Virus record (IMG/VR): IMGVR_UViG_3300043418_000114
Coordinates: 300,248-364,247 of that record
DNA: 64,000 nt
Strand: one strand, 5' to 3'
Part shown: positions 11,088 to 26,000 of the stretch, piece after piece
How the letters are laid out: every line of letters begins with the position of its first letter
How positions within the stretch are numbered: the stretch's first letter is position 1
The notes under the pieces: generated by a model
Told to the model about the DNA's origin: nothing
The model's database searches: none
Seen by the model: only the letters and a program-made list of their open reading frames with translations
Program-made: the position numbers and the translations under genes

Positions 11088-14000
11088 ATGGCAAACAGAA
11101 TTAGAACACTAAACTTTCTTCCAGAGATTTTTCAAACACCTACTAACGCTCAATTTTTGAGTGCGACATTAGATCAATTAGTCGATCAGCCGAATGTGGC
11201 TAGAATGCAGGGATTTATTGGCAGTAAGTTTGGTTATGGTATCAATGCAAAAGATTATTATGTAACTGAGCCTACAAAGGTTCGTACTGATTATCAATTG
11301 GAACCTGGCGTTGTTTTCACTAAAGCAAATGAAACAACAGCACAAGACTTCATCAGCTATCCAGGCATTGTTGATGCATTGAAACTAGAAGGCGGTGTTA
11401 CTAATAATAACAATCGTCTATTCAATAGTCAATTCTATTCATGGGATTCGTTTACGGACCTAGATAAGATCATTAACTTTAACCAGTACTACTGGTTGCC
11501 AGAAGGTGCACCAAGTGTTAACGTTTCCAACAGTGTAGTGTACAACGCTACAGACTACATTGTTACTAACTTAGCTAACGAGTATCTAATCTCTAGTCCT
11601 GCAAACATTCAGGGCGATATTAACCCTACGCTAACACTCTTGCGCGGCGGCACTTACTCATTCACCGTATCACAACCAAGTCAGTTTTGGATTCAAGGCG
11701 CTCCTGGTGTAACCGGTTTCAGCCCAACACAACCTAACGTACAAACACGTGACGTATTGGGTGTTTCAAACAATGGTGCTACTGCTGGCGTTGTAACGTT
11801 CACAGTGCCACAAAAGGATGCATTTGCAGAATACAATTTCCCATCTGGTGGCAATGTTGGCGTTGTGTCTTCTTTACCATTTGCACAAGTAAATGGCGCA
11901 CGTTTGGCAGATTTGCCTAATGGCATCGATGGTGTAACATCACTAGCAGGCTTGACTGTATTGTTTTATAATACAGGTGTTGTTGATGAAATGGGCTTCA
12001 CTAGCAAGTTCTACGACACCACATTGTATGATGAAAATGGTGGCGTAACTTATGTTGAGCCAGGCACAAGTGCCGACTTTAATAACTACGAAGGTGGATA
12101 TTACTCTCCTGTCAACTCTAACTTCTACACAATTAGTTACGTAGGCGATCCATCAGATCCTATCTTGTACCTAACACCTACAAGTCCTATTCCTACCAAT
12201 CAATCTATCACAGCTACATTCGGTACTGAGTGGATTGGTCGACAGTTCTTTAAGAATGTCAATGGCGACATTCAAATTATTCCATACAACAGCGCAATTC
12301 TAGATACATTGTACTATCAAGATGGTTCGAATCCCGATAAAGTCGGCGCAATGCGAATCATTGATAGCAACTACACAAACAAGTTAAATGTAACTACAGA
12401 CATTCTTGGCCACAAACAATACACTGCGACAAATGGTGTGGTGTTTACTAACGGATTGAAAGTAACATTTAGCGGAGACATTTTCCCAACATCATACAAG
12501 TCTGGCGAATACTATGTTCAAGGCGTTGGTACTGCGATTGAATTGATTGCAACCACAGACTTAGTAAGTCCTGGTCTGTTCAGTGAAGGCACATATATTC
12601 CATACGATATTGTGCCGTATGATACTACCAACTACGATAGTACACTTTACATTCCAGTAACTCAAGATTATATCACAATCGCACGTGATGCTATCAATAA
12701 GAATGCTTGGTCACGTAGTAATCGTTGGTTCCATATTGACGTTATTAACGCATCTGCAACTTACAACAACAATCCTAGTATTGTAACTCAGTACGCTACT
12801 CCAGAAAACAAAGCAAAGCGTCCTATTATTGAGTTTTATCCTAATCTACGCTTGTTCAATTCAGGCGTGTATGGCAAAGCTCCTGTTGACTTCATTGATT
12901 TCAGAACCGATGATGCATTTGAGACAGTAGAAGGCGCAACTAACTATTATCCAGACGTTGCAGGTTGGACAACTAACACTGCATCATTGGTTGGAATTAC
13001 TGCACAACAAACAACCACTGTTGTGGTAAGTTCCAGTGATATATCTGGTCAATTCACAGTCGGTCAATACGTTGCTGATAGTCTAGGCATTTTGCCAGAA
13101 GACGCATTTATCAGTGATATCGAAGTAGTTTCTGGTGTTACCACTATTACCATCACATGGACTAGTGCCGCATTGACATTCTCCACTACGGATATGTCTT
13201 TAGTATCTGCCGACACAACTCTAAGCAATTATGGTTTGTTCCCAGGCGCACGTATTGTATTCGCTAGTGATAAAAACTTGTTCACCAGAAACAAAATTTA
13301 CGTTGCAGAATTCTCTATATTGTCACCTGGTGCAACACCGGTAATCACATTGACAGAGGCCGCTGATGGCGAAGTATTGGTTGACGATCAAACTGCTGTT
13401 TATCGTGGTTATAATTACCAAGGTAAAGATTTCTATTTTGATGGCGATGCATGGATTCAAGGTCAACAAAAAACAACTGTCAATCAACCTCCACGATTTG
13501 ACGTATTCGATACTAACGGCATTAGCTTCGGCGACATCGTTTCATACTTAGGTACCAGCTTTACCGGTACCACATTGTTCCAATACGGCATCGGTTCAGG
13601 CACCAACGACAGTGTTCTTGGTTTCCCAATTCGCTATTCTAACATCGACAACGTTGGTGACATTTCTTTCGATGTGTCATTCAACAACGATACTTTCACA
13701 TACGTAGAGGGCATCAAGCCAATCACATTGGCAGTAAATACCGGATACGTTTACAACTATACCACACGTACTGATTATGTACGTCAATTGGGATGGCAAA
13801 CTGCCGAAGCACCAAGTGAACAATATCAACTATTCTCATTTGATTATGTTGCCGGCACAGATCCAAGTTTTATCTGTGATATTCCAGCGAACTTAACAAC
13901 CGAATGGCCAGTTGTACAAGTATACATTAACAACGTCATTCAATCACGTACTTCATATACATACGCATCCACTGGTATCAATACGTTAGTTGCGCTATCA

Positions 14001-17000
14001 TCTGCACCAACAATTGACACTGTTGTTCAAATCTTGATCTTGAGTACAGAAGTAAGCCCAACAGCATACTACACTATTCCTGTTAACTTGAACAACAACC
14101 CATTGAATGAAAATCTAACTACAGTTAGTGTTGGTGACATTCGTGGTCAATATCAAAGTATTTTCTACAACAACCCAAATACAACTGGTACAGTGTTCGG
14201 TTCCAACAACTATCGTGACTTGGGCAACCTAGTACCATGGGGCAACAGAATCATTCAAAACAGTGCTAGCTTGGTATTACCAGGCACGTTCTTACGTAAG
14301 CAAGATCACAACTTGTTCAATTCATTGCAATACAACAGCAATGAGTATATCAAGTTTAAGACATTGTTAGTGGATACTGTAAACAACACAGATTATAATA
14401 TCTACATGACTCCTGCTACGATGCTAGATGATGCATTGGATCAAATGTCAGCTACCAAGATTGAAAGTGCTCCTTTCTTCTGGTCAGACATGATTCCAAG
14501 CAAAGCACCGTACATTACCAATACATACTCTTTTGCTAACTCATTGGACGTTTCTATCTATCCATTGAGTCATGTTTACAACTTTGAAACAGCAAACTAC
14601 AACGGCGTTTTAGTATACCTAACACGCAATGGTACCACAATTCAGTTGATCAAGGGCGTTGACTATACAGTTAGTGTAGATGCTCCATCATTGACAGTAA
14701 CTTATGGATTGTTGCCAAACGACCAGATCACTATCAACGAATACAATCAAACATATGGCTCATACGTGCCAAATACTCCAACTAAGTTGGGATTGTATCC
14801 AGCGACTGTGCCAAATGTCTTCTTAGACACCGGTTATCAAAAGCCAACTTACTTCATCGTTGGTCATGACGGTTCTTTCAACAAACTATATGGGTCATAT
14901 GATCCAGAAACTGGCAAGTTGCAAGACTTCCGCGATCAAGTATTGTTCGAATATGAAACACGTGTGTACAACAACTTAAAGTTGTCAAACGCTATTCCAG
15001 TTCAAGCATATGAAGTATTGCCTGGTTTCTTCCGCAACACTGACTATTCATATGACGAAGTTCTACAGATTTATTCTGAGAGTTTCCTAAATTGGGTAGG
15101 TCAAAACAGAATTGATTACAAGACTCAGTATTTCACTAATGGAAATCAATTCACTTACAACTATCGTGATAGCGGTAACAAACTAAATGGTGCGCCTATT
15201 GAGCAAGGCTACTGGAGAGGCGTGTATCAATACTTCTATGATACAAGCATTCCAGATATTGCTCCATGGGAAATGCTAGGCTATCGCAACATGCCTACAT
15301 GGTGGACAGATCGCTACGGCCCTGCACCATACACAAGTGATAACTTGGTTCTATGGACTGACCTACAAAACGGCTACGACTATAACGATGGCAATTCATT
15401 CACTACAACCACATATGCTCGTCCAGGACTATTAAACATTATTCCTGTTGACAGTGCAGGTAATCTAGTAAGCCCGTTCGTTTCTATTGTTGGCAACTAT
15501 GACAATAATCTATTCAAAGCAGATTGGCAAGTTGGTGACGTTGGTCCTGCTGAATTCTCATATCGTCGTAGTAGCTCATGGCCATTTGACTTGATGCGTA
15601 TATTGGCTCTAACTAAGCCAGCAGAATTCTTCAACTTGGCAGTTGACTTGGACAATTACAAATACAACGTTGAATTCAACCAATATTTGGTTAATGATCG
15701 TAGTCACTTGAATATTTCCAACATCGAAGTATATGGTAACGGTACTGCAAAAACATCTTACCTAAACTGGATCGTTGACTATGAAAAACAAGTTGGTATC
15801 GATGCAACCACTCAAATCAGCAACCTGTTCCAACAACTGGACGTTCGTCTAGTATATCGTTTGGCTGGGTTCTCTGACAAAGCGATGTTGAAATTCTATG
15901 TTGAGAAATCATCAGCTAACAGCAATAACAGTTCATTGTTGATTCCTGACGAAAGCTATCAAGTTCTATTGTACGATAACCAACCATTTGAACAGTTGGT
16001 ATACAGTGGATTGATCGTTCAAGTTTCTCAATATGGTTTCAAGGTGTTTGGTAACAGCCAGACAAATGCATATTTCACAACATATGCGCCAAAGAACAAC
16101 GGTAACACATCAACGATTACGATTGAAAAGTCTACTGTAAAGTTGGCCAACGACTACACAAATATCGAAGTAAAAGTACCATATGGCATCGAACTACATT
16201 CTGTTCAAGAAGTTTCACAGTTTATTGCTAGTTATGGTGCATATCTAGTTGACAAAGGATTGGTCTTAGATCAGTCTGAGAATGGTCTGACCCTAAACTG
16301 GGAACAGATGGTAGCTGAATTTATGTACTGGTCACAAATGGGATGGGAAGTTGGTTCTATTGTTACCCTAAACCCAGCGGCAACATTCTTGTCTATCAAC
16401 AAAGATAGCAATGTTGTACAGCCATTGACAATTCAAAAACAAAACTTTGTGTTGAATCAAAACTTGTATCCAATTCAAATGAGCAACCTTTCAGTTGTTC
16501 GTGATGGTACATTGTTTACAGTACAGCCAATGAATCAAGGCGATACATTAGCATACGGTCAATTCAACATCAGTAACTTTGAACATGGTATTGTTTTCGA
16601 TAATACAACATTATTCAACGATACAATTTACAATCTAGTTACAGGTCTACGTCAGAATCGTATTTCAGTTCGTGGTTCTAAGACAGCCGATTGGAACGGT
16701 ACAATTGACGCACAAGGCTTCATTTTAAATCAAGACAACGTTATTGATTGGGACCCAACCTTCAAGTATACTACTGGATCAATTGTAAAGTACAAAAACA
16801 AATACTGGACTGCATTGACTATTATTCAGCCTAGTGTTAAATTTGACGAAACACAGTGGAAACAAACCAATTATGATGAAATTCAAAAAGGCTTGTTACC
16901 TAATCCAAGCGCACGTAGCTATGAATCTACATTGTATTATGATATCAACCGTGCTAACCTAGAAACAGATGCAGACTTGCTAAGTTTCAGCTTAATTGGA

Positions 17001-20000
17001 TATCGTCCACGTGACTATCTAGCACTTGCTGACTTAACAGATATCACTCAAGTCAACGTATACAAGAATCTAATCAGAAACAAGGGTACGCTAAATGCCG
17101 CTAGTGCATTCAAGGGTGCAAACTTGCCACAGGGTGGCATTGATTATGATATCTATGAAAACTGGGCGATCAAGGCTGGCGAATTCGGCGGCACTTTAAA
17201 TGACAACTTCATTCAGTTCAGATTAAATGAATCTGAGTTGACTGGTAACCCAACAACAGTTGGCTTAACTAATGGTCTTGTCAGTAACGATGTTGAGCAG
17301 GAAGTTCCTCTATACTCATTGTTCAACTATGGCATGCCAATCACCGATGTGAACGTATTGCCTACTGTACCTACAGAAGACCCTTCATTATTGTACCCAA
17401 CTGCTGGCTACGTAAACTTCAATGACGTTAAGTTGGCAAGTTACTACTATTCTGGATTGACAGCGGCAGTAAATGGCAACGGGACACCTGTGCCAATCGA
17501 TCAATTGTACGTTCGTGATTATCTATGGTTGGCTGATTACCTAGCCGACTGGCAAGTATACACTCCATTGTCTCTAGGTTCAATTGTCGAAGCTAAAAAC
17601 AACTTGAACGGGACTGTCACTATTACGTTCAGCGCACCACATAATTTGACGAAGTATCAGTTATTTGGTATCGTAAACTTTGATCCACAAGTTAATGGAT
17701 ATTATCTAGTTACTGCGACAGTAAATCCATACAAAGTAATCATCAATGCTAACTTAAATCCATCAATCACTACGATTACTGGTCAAGGTGTTGGCTTCAT
17801 GATGCAAAATCAACGCACTGACAAGCCAAGTGACATTGGTACTTTGCCACTACTAAACAACGAGTTTACTAAAAACAAAGTTTGGGTAGATACAAATACA
17901 GATGGTGGCTGGGCAGTATATCGCAAGAGTTTGAATTATCAATATAGCGATGCCGTCACAAAACAAGGCTCAATCACATTTGGTGATGCAGTTGCACACA
18001 CTAATAATGTTGGGTACTTGGTAGGTGATGCTGGATTGGGTGAATTGTACCGCTACACATACAATGCTCTATTGAAAGAATATTTGTTGACCGGTACCAT
18101 TACCAATGGTGCATCATTCGGTTCGACCATCGCATATTCAGGAGATACGTTTGTTGTGTCAGAACCAACAAGTGGCACACCTAAAGTATATGTTTACGAT
18201 CTTGTTCAAAACAATGACGTTGACGAACTACAATTGACCCAGACGATTTCTGCACCAAGCGGATGTGCTAACTGGGGTTCAAGTGTTGCGATTTCTGGCG
18301 ACAAGAACTGGATGTACATCAGTGATCTAACACACAATCCAGGTCGTGTTTACGTGTATCGTAAATCACAGTTAACTGGATTATATGTACAAGTTACTTA
18401 CTTGACAGATTCTAGCTTGACAAGCTACATGGCTGGCTTCGGCACATCCATTTCAACTGATTATTATGGTGATACAATCGTAGTAGGTGCGCCTAACTAT
18501 AGATTCAATACTGACCATCTAAACTGGGGTCAATCATACATTTACAATCGCTTGTATCAAAACATCGAGGCACAGTACACCAATAACTTTGGTGCACCAC
18601 AGGCTCTTAGCGTAAACATTCAACTTAATAGCTGGACTGTATCTACAAATGGTACTGCAACAGGAAGCTCTGGTATCACAGTAGATAGCTCTAGTGGCAT
18701 GGCAGTTGATATGCCAGTGACATTCAGTGGCTCAATATTGTCAAGTGGTGCAATCAGCGCAAACGTTGTGTACTACATCAAGTCTATTCCAGATGGCACT
18801 CATATTAAGATTTCTCGCACTCGTGGCGGCCCAGAAATTGCATTGAATGCTAGCTCTGGCTCAATGACAGTAACAGCACAATCTACTCCAATTTTTGTTG
18901 CAGTTAATGGCTCGGTGTTGACTGACAGCCAATACTTCATGATCGGATCTACACTATACGTTATCGCAGTCTTGAAAGCAGGCGATATCGTCAATGTAAG
19001 TTCAGGTGAATTTGTACTATCACAAACCTTGAACAACGATCAAGATCCAAGTACTGGCGTCGAGTATGGCTATAGCACTGCTACCAACACTTATGCAAGT
19101 GAAATTTTAATTGGTGCACCGTTTGAATTGAACAACAGTGTAGAAGGTGCAGTACATCGCTACACAAACGGCGGCGAAAAGTATGGCATGCTTGTTGCGA
19201 CACAAACAGCTAGCGTGTTGTCTGCTAGAACTATTCTATTGAATGGTTACGCAGTTGTTATTCCAAGTGGATATGTCAACGATGCGGCCACAGCAATCAA
19301 CAGTGCCAACCTAACAAATATCTCTGCATCAGTAGTTAACAACTTATTGGTAATTCAATTAGTTAACAACGACCTTGCTACTCCAAACAACAAACTAACA
19401 TTTGTTGCAACAGATGCCGCCGCCTATGGCGATTTGGGAATTGTTCCATATACTGAAACTCAGTTGATTACTAACCCACACGCTGGTCCAGTAAGTCAAT
19501 TCGGTAATGCAATCAAGTTCAATGAATCTAATTCAATTGTTATTAGCGCACCAACAGCAACTCGCTACAGTGCTACTACGTTTGATTTCACAGACGATGA
19601 ATCAGACAATGACACCGTATTTGATAACAACACCACACAGTGGATTGATACATTTGCTAATGCTGGCGCAGTATACATGTTTGATTATCTATCAAACTTC
19701 AACGAGACATTGACTAACGTTGGACAATTTGTATATGCACAAAGCATCAACAGCGAAAAGTTAGTATATGGCGCACAGCCAATGTACGGCACAAGTCTTG
19801 ATTTCAATCAAGGTGTTGTTGTAGTTGGTACACCAGGATTCATGTCAGGCGTGATCGATGGTGATGTGACAGTGTATGTCAACCCAACTGGCGACCAAGA
19901 CTGGTCAGTATACAGACAGTCAAGTTCAATCGTTGATATTGAAAGAATTCAAAACATTCAATTGTTTAGTGCTGAAACTAACAACACATTGGACAACTTA

Positions 20001-23000
20001 GATTACATGGATCCGCTACAAGGCAAATTGCTAGGCGCTATTCGTGAAAACATTGACGTAGTGTCCAATATTGATCCTGCATTCTATACAACTGGTAGCA
20101 ACACTGGTGGTCTAACATGGGGAGCAGATAAAGTTGGACAATTATGGTTCAACACTTCTACTGTTCGTTTTGTTAACTATCACCAAGATGATTTAAACTA
20201 CAACGCCAAGTACTGGGGTTCTATTTTCCCAGGAAGTGATGTAGCAGTTTACTCATGGATTTCAAGTAACGTTGTTCCTAGCGCATATACAGGCCCAGGA
20301 ACACCATTCGATGTTGGTTCATACACAACACAGTATGTAATCAATGCTGAAGGTACATTGACACCAGTTTATTTCTTCTGGGCGCGTAACACAAATATCG
20401 TGTTCACTAAGCAAGGTAATACTCTAGCGGATTCTACACTAGAGCAATACATTTCTAGCCCAATCAACACTGGCATCAGCTATCTAGCTCCATTGTTGCC
20501 AAATGTATTTGCATTGTACAACATTCAAGAATTCTTGAATGCAACTGATACTGTATTGAACGTAGGTTTCTCTACTGGCAACAACAATGATGTTGGACAC
20601 AATCTATACAACTTGATTCGTGCTAACTATGCAGATGATTTCTTGCCTGGATTGCCAAGTGTAAAAACTGGTAAAGAACCTCACTCATTGTATGCTAGAT
20701 TACTAGACAGCTTGAGTGGTACAAACTTGACTGGTGCGATTGTTCCTGATCCATACTTGCCTAAAGCAGTTCAGTATGGCGTGTTGGCTCGTCCAAATCA
20801 AAGTTTCTTTATCAATCGCTTCGGTGCACTGCAAAACTACATTCAGTATATCAACAGCGTATTGTTACAATATCCATTCGTTGAGACAACTAACTCTACT
20901 TTCTTGTTTAAGTTAGGAGATATCAATCCATCAACTGGATTACCATTCTTTGATACTTCTGCATATGTCAATACTGTTAACTGGTGGGCTCCTGGTTATA
21001 ATGATAACACAAAGTCATCAGTTCAAGTTTCAATCTATGCCGATCTTGCAACATTAACAGTTCCATCAGGAACTATTGCAACAGTAGCAATGAACGGTAC
21101 CGGCTCAGCCGAAACATACATCCTAGATGCATCAGGCACATGGACTAGAATTGGTCTAGCTAACGGCACGATCCAAATCTCAGATGCAATTTGGAACTAT
21201 CCAAGTGCAAGTATTGGCTTCGGCGATAACTTCTTTGATACTACTCCATTCGACACTTATCCAAGTGAAGAAACACGCTACATTGTACGTGCAATCAACG
21301 AAGAAATCCCTACTGACTTATTAATTGTCAGAAACAAAGCATTGATCTTGTTGTTCGAATACATCCAAAGCGAAACTGGTGAGTCTCAGAACTATCTACC
21401 ATGGTTGAATAAGACCTCATTCATTGACGTATCTCATACAATTCGTGAATTGTTGCCTTATCGTGTATTCCAAAGCGATAACCAAGACTTCTTATCAGGC
21501 TATATCAATGAAGTCAAGCCTTATCACGTAGTGATCAAGGAATTCTTGTTCAAGTATACAGGCACTGACGTATTCGAAGGCGATATCACAGACTTTGACT
21601 TGCCAGCACAATACAACACTGCAAGTCAACAATTCATCAGCCCTGAGTTGGTATATTCCAACCCAAGTACTGATAGTCAGTATCTACCATCAGATCCTAT
21701 TTGGCAAACTGCACCGTACAGTCAGTGGTTCGCAAATCATGGCTTGAGTATTACTGGTCAACCTGATTTCTTGATGACCACTTTGGCAAGCTATGTAAGT
21801 TTGAATTCATCTACCCTAGTTGTTGCCAACGCATATGGTTTGCCAGTAACAGGTGTGATTCAAATTGACGATGAGCAAATTGCGTACTCATCACTAAACA
21901 GAGATAACAATACTCTGGCAGGTTTAACACGCGGCTATAACGGCACTGCAACTACAACACACATTCCTGGTGCAAACATCTTCATGGACTTGCCTCCTGT
22001 CGTTGTTCTAAACACAGGTCGTGGATATATCGAACCTCCAAAGGTTACTGCATACATTGATACTACTGTTTATCCAGAGCCAACCGTTGCGGCGATTCTA
22101 GAGCCAATCATGGATTTGGACAAAGTTATCGGCGTTAATGTTATCAACGCGGGTCAAGGTTATGCTGTATTGCCTCAGATCATCATCGAACCATCAGTGA
22201 TTGTGCCGTTCAACAGCACACAAGTGAGTGTAATTACCGATACAATTGAATTGTACTCTCCACTACTACAAACTGGCGACTTGGTTCGCTACGCAGTTAC
22301 CGAGGGTTCCGAAGCAATCGGCGGTCTTGTCGATGGTCAACAATACTATGTGAACGTTTTAGAAATTGTTCCAGTAGTAACAGTTGCACTATTCAACAAC
22401 TATGCAGACGCAATCAATAACAACAGCAGAATAGCACTACAAAGCACTGGCGCTGGTATGCAGTCATTGAGCGTTGTAGCCACCGCAAGTTGTATCACAT
22501 CAGCTAGCCCAGTTCGTGAAACTCAAATTGCAATGCGTTTTGATAGAACTAGCTACAACTCACAAGTTGTTGATTGGTTACCTGGTAGCTACTATGGTAG
22601 CTTCTATGCAGGTGATTATTACAACGGAGACAGTGTTGCAAGTTCATCTATCCAACTACAAAGCACTGAGCCACCAATTGATAGCATTCTAGCTAGTGCA
22701 AACGGCGCCGCATTTGAAATTCTTGCAGTTGATAACGTACAAGAAACTACATGGTCAGGCAGAACACGTGACTTGGTATCTACTACAAGTACTGGTAATG
22801 TCATTGCAATCGTTCCTAGCTCAGGTGGTGCACCTGCAAGTGGCACAATCACTGCTACCACTGGCTTCTACATTGGTATGCCAGTTAAATTTGAAGGTGC
22901 AGTCGCTGGAACTGGCTTGAACTTTGATCAAGTTTACTATGTAAAAACTATAGTGTCTACAGGCTTCACCGTATCTGATACCATCAGCAACGGTGTGCCA

Positions 23001-26000
23001 GGCACAGTTGTTACATTGAACAATCAGACTATTAGCTCTGCCGGAGCCACTTGCTTGATCGGTGAAGTAACCAACCGTGCATTGTTGACAATTGATTATT
23101 CTGGCATCAGAAAAATCACAAACACAACAGCAACTACAAACACAGTAACTGTTCCGTTGAATATTGCCGGCAAAGGTGGCACTAGTGGATTCTACACTGG
23201 ATTGCCAATCTTCTTTGTTGGAGAAAATCCAATCGGCGGCATCGTGTCTAACAACACGTACTATGTAACTACAGTAATCGACGATCAGACATTCACAATG
23301 TCTACAACAGCGACACCAACAATGTTGAATGTCACTGCAACAGTTGGCGCAACTGATAGAGTTATCGTAGAAAGCACATTGGAGCTACACGTAAATGATC
23401 CAGTTATTTTCACTGGAACAACGTTCGGTGACATCGTCGCTGGCACTCAGTACTATGTTGCGACCATCGTAAATGGAACAGCAATTACATTATCACAGAC
23501 AGTCAATGGCGGCACATTTAACCTAACAGATGGCTCTGGTTCATGCACATTGACAATTCAAGTAAATGTCACTCAATTGACAACTGATTCTGGTTCAATG
23601 ACGATGAACATTAACTTGCCTGTCAGTCCAGGTCAAGTCAATGGACAACAATTTACATTGTACAAGACTTCTGGTAGCTATCCAACAATCAGCGGCACAA
23701 ACGGTGACTTGTTGACTAGAACAATTACTAGTGCGTTGGCTACCGTAAATCGTGTTTGTTTGGATAATTATACTGGTGGCATCACAAACATCTACGCTGG
23801 AATGCAATTCAATGTTAGTGATAACATTGGTGGATTGACAACTGGTACAAACTACACAGTTACTGGCGAAGGCACTACTTCTATCGTAGTAACCAATACA
23901 AGTTCATCTGGTAACAAACTAACATGTACAAACACGAACGTGTTATATGTTGACATGCCAATTGTCTTCACTGGAACTAGCTTAGGCGGCATTTCATTGA
24001 ACACCTATTATTATGTTCAGGATATCACTAGCTCTACGCAGTTCACTATCGCCACCTCACCTGGTGGTTCCGCAATAACAGTGACTCAAGACAACGGTAC
24101 TATGAATGGCATCGGTGATCAATATATTACAGTTTCAAATTCATTATCTAATGAAACAAAGACTGTGACATTGACACAATACATCAACCCAGCTAACGAT
24201 CCAGTATTCACGATCAGTTACATGTTGGGAGGATATTTTGCAGAGATTACAGATGCGGGTGAGGGATTTGCAATCAACAACACTATCTTCGTTCCTGGCT
24301 CTGATATCGGCGGCGTAGATGGCGTCAATGATTTGACAATGACAGTTGCTAGTGTAACATCGTCTGGCGCAATTACGAATGTAATTTGCACAGGTACTCC
24401 AGCAGGTGCAGTAAATCAATACTACTTTAAGGTTGTTGATGCGGATCAGGTAGAAGTATGTAGTGACCCATTGCTACGAGTTCCTGTATCAGGTATCAAT
24501 TTCCCTTATGTTGGCGTAACAACTACACCTTCCCTAATCCAAGGCGATTACGCATTGTTACCAGAACCATTCTACTTCAACAGTAGCATTGTCAAGTACA
24601 ATAACCGTGTTTACGAATGTATCGTAAGTAACAATGATTCAACTTTCGTTATCGGCAAGTGGAAACTTCTACAATCTGATTCACGCAGATTGAATGCACT
24701 AGATAGAATCATTGGATACTATCAGCCAACTATCAACATGCCTGGGCGTGACTTGACACAGTTGGTAGCTGGCATCACATATCCTAACAGCACCTACAAA
24801 GGTAACGCATTCGATCCAAATCAAGAATTTGCATTGGATACTATCCTTCAAGATCAGCCATTCTATCCAAATGACATTACTATGTCAGGTATTGTATGGA
24901 ACGGTTTAACATATGTTGTTAGCTCAGATGCAACCAACTACTCTGCGGCACTAATGAGTGCTACAAGTGCAGATTGGGCAATCAACAAGCTATCTAACAT
25001 TCCGTTGAACACAACTGACTTGATCTATGCTGGTGGCAAGTATGTTATGACTACCAATAATACTGCAACACCAGTATTGACAAGTACTGATGGAGTTGTT
25101 TGGTCAGCAAGTACACATTATACTAACACCGTGCCTGGCACAGTCATGCTATCAAGTGTTGCATATAACAATGGCGTATACGTTGCAGTTGGCGATGTAG
25201 CAGTAACATCAACTGATTTGATAACATGGGAGCAAACATATAACTTCACTAATGGGTTAACCAATATGCTAAGTGGTGTAACATACATGTACACTGCTGG
25301 CTTCACTGGCTTCATTGCAGTAGGTACAGGTCAACAAGTTGTTAATAGCAACACTGTTGCAGTAACTGTTGTTAGAACTAGTGTAGATGGTTACGACTGG
25401 AGAGAAGTCACATTCCCAGGCGTTGCAACGGGATTAAATTCTATTGCATCCAATAACCAAATCGCGGTCGCTGTCGGCAACAATAACGTAATTTACACGA
25501 CATTCAATACAAATCAATGGTTCGTGCAAACTACAGTTGGCACAGACAACTTGAACTATGTAACCTACATTAACAATTTGTTTGTTGCAGTAGGCGACAA
25601 TGGTGTTGTTAAATCATCTCCTGATGGCGTAACATGGACTGACTATTCAACTGGAACAACAAGCAATCTATCAAGTGTCACTTACAGCGTTGACAGAAGC
25701 GAGTATGTGGTAGTTGGTGATAACAATACAATTCTACTAAGTCCAGATTTGACAACATGGACGAATAATCCAGTGTTCAACGTTGCACCAACTGTGTATG
25801 ACGTACAAGGTGACCCATTCGTTTCTGGCTACGGTCCTGAAGAAATGGTACCAGGCGTTGTTACAGACACATTGATGATGACAATTACTACTCGTCCTGG
25901 CACAAACTGGGAGGCAGAAGAATATGCCCACGTTGGTTATAACGTAGTATCTATGCAATTGTCTCCAACATCAGGAACACAAACTAGATATAGTTTTGCA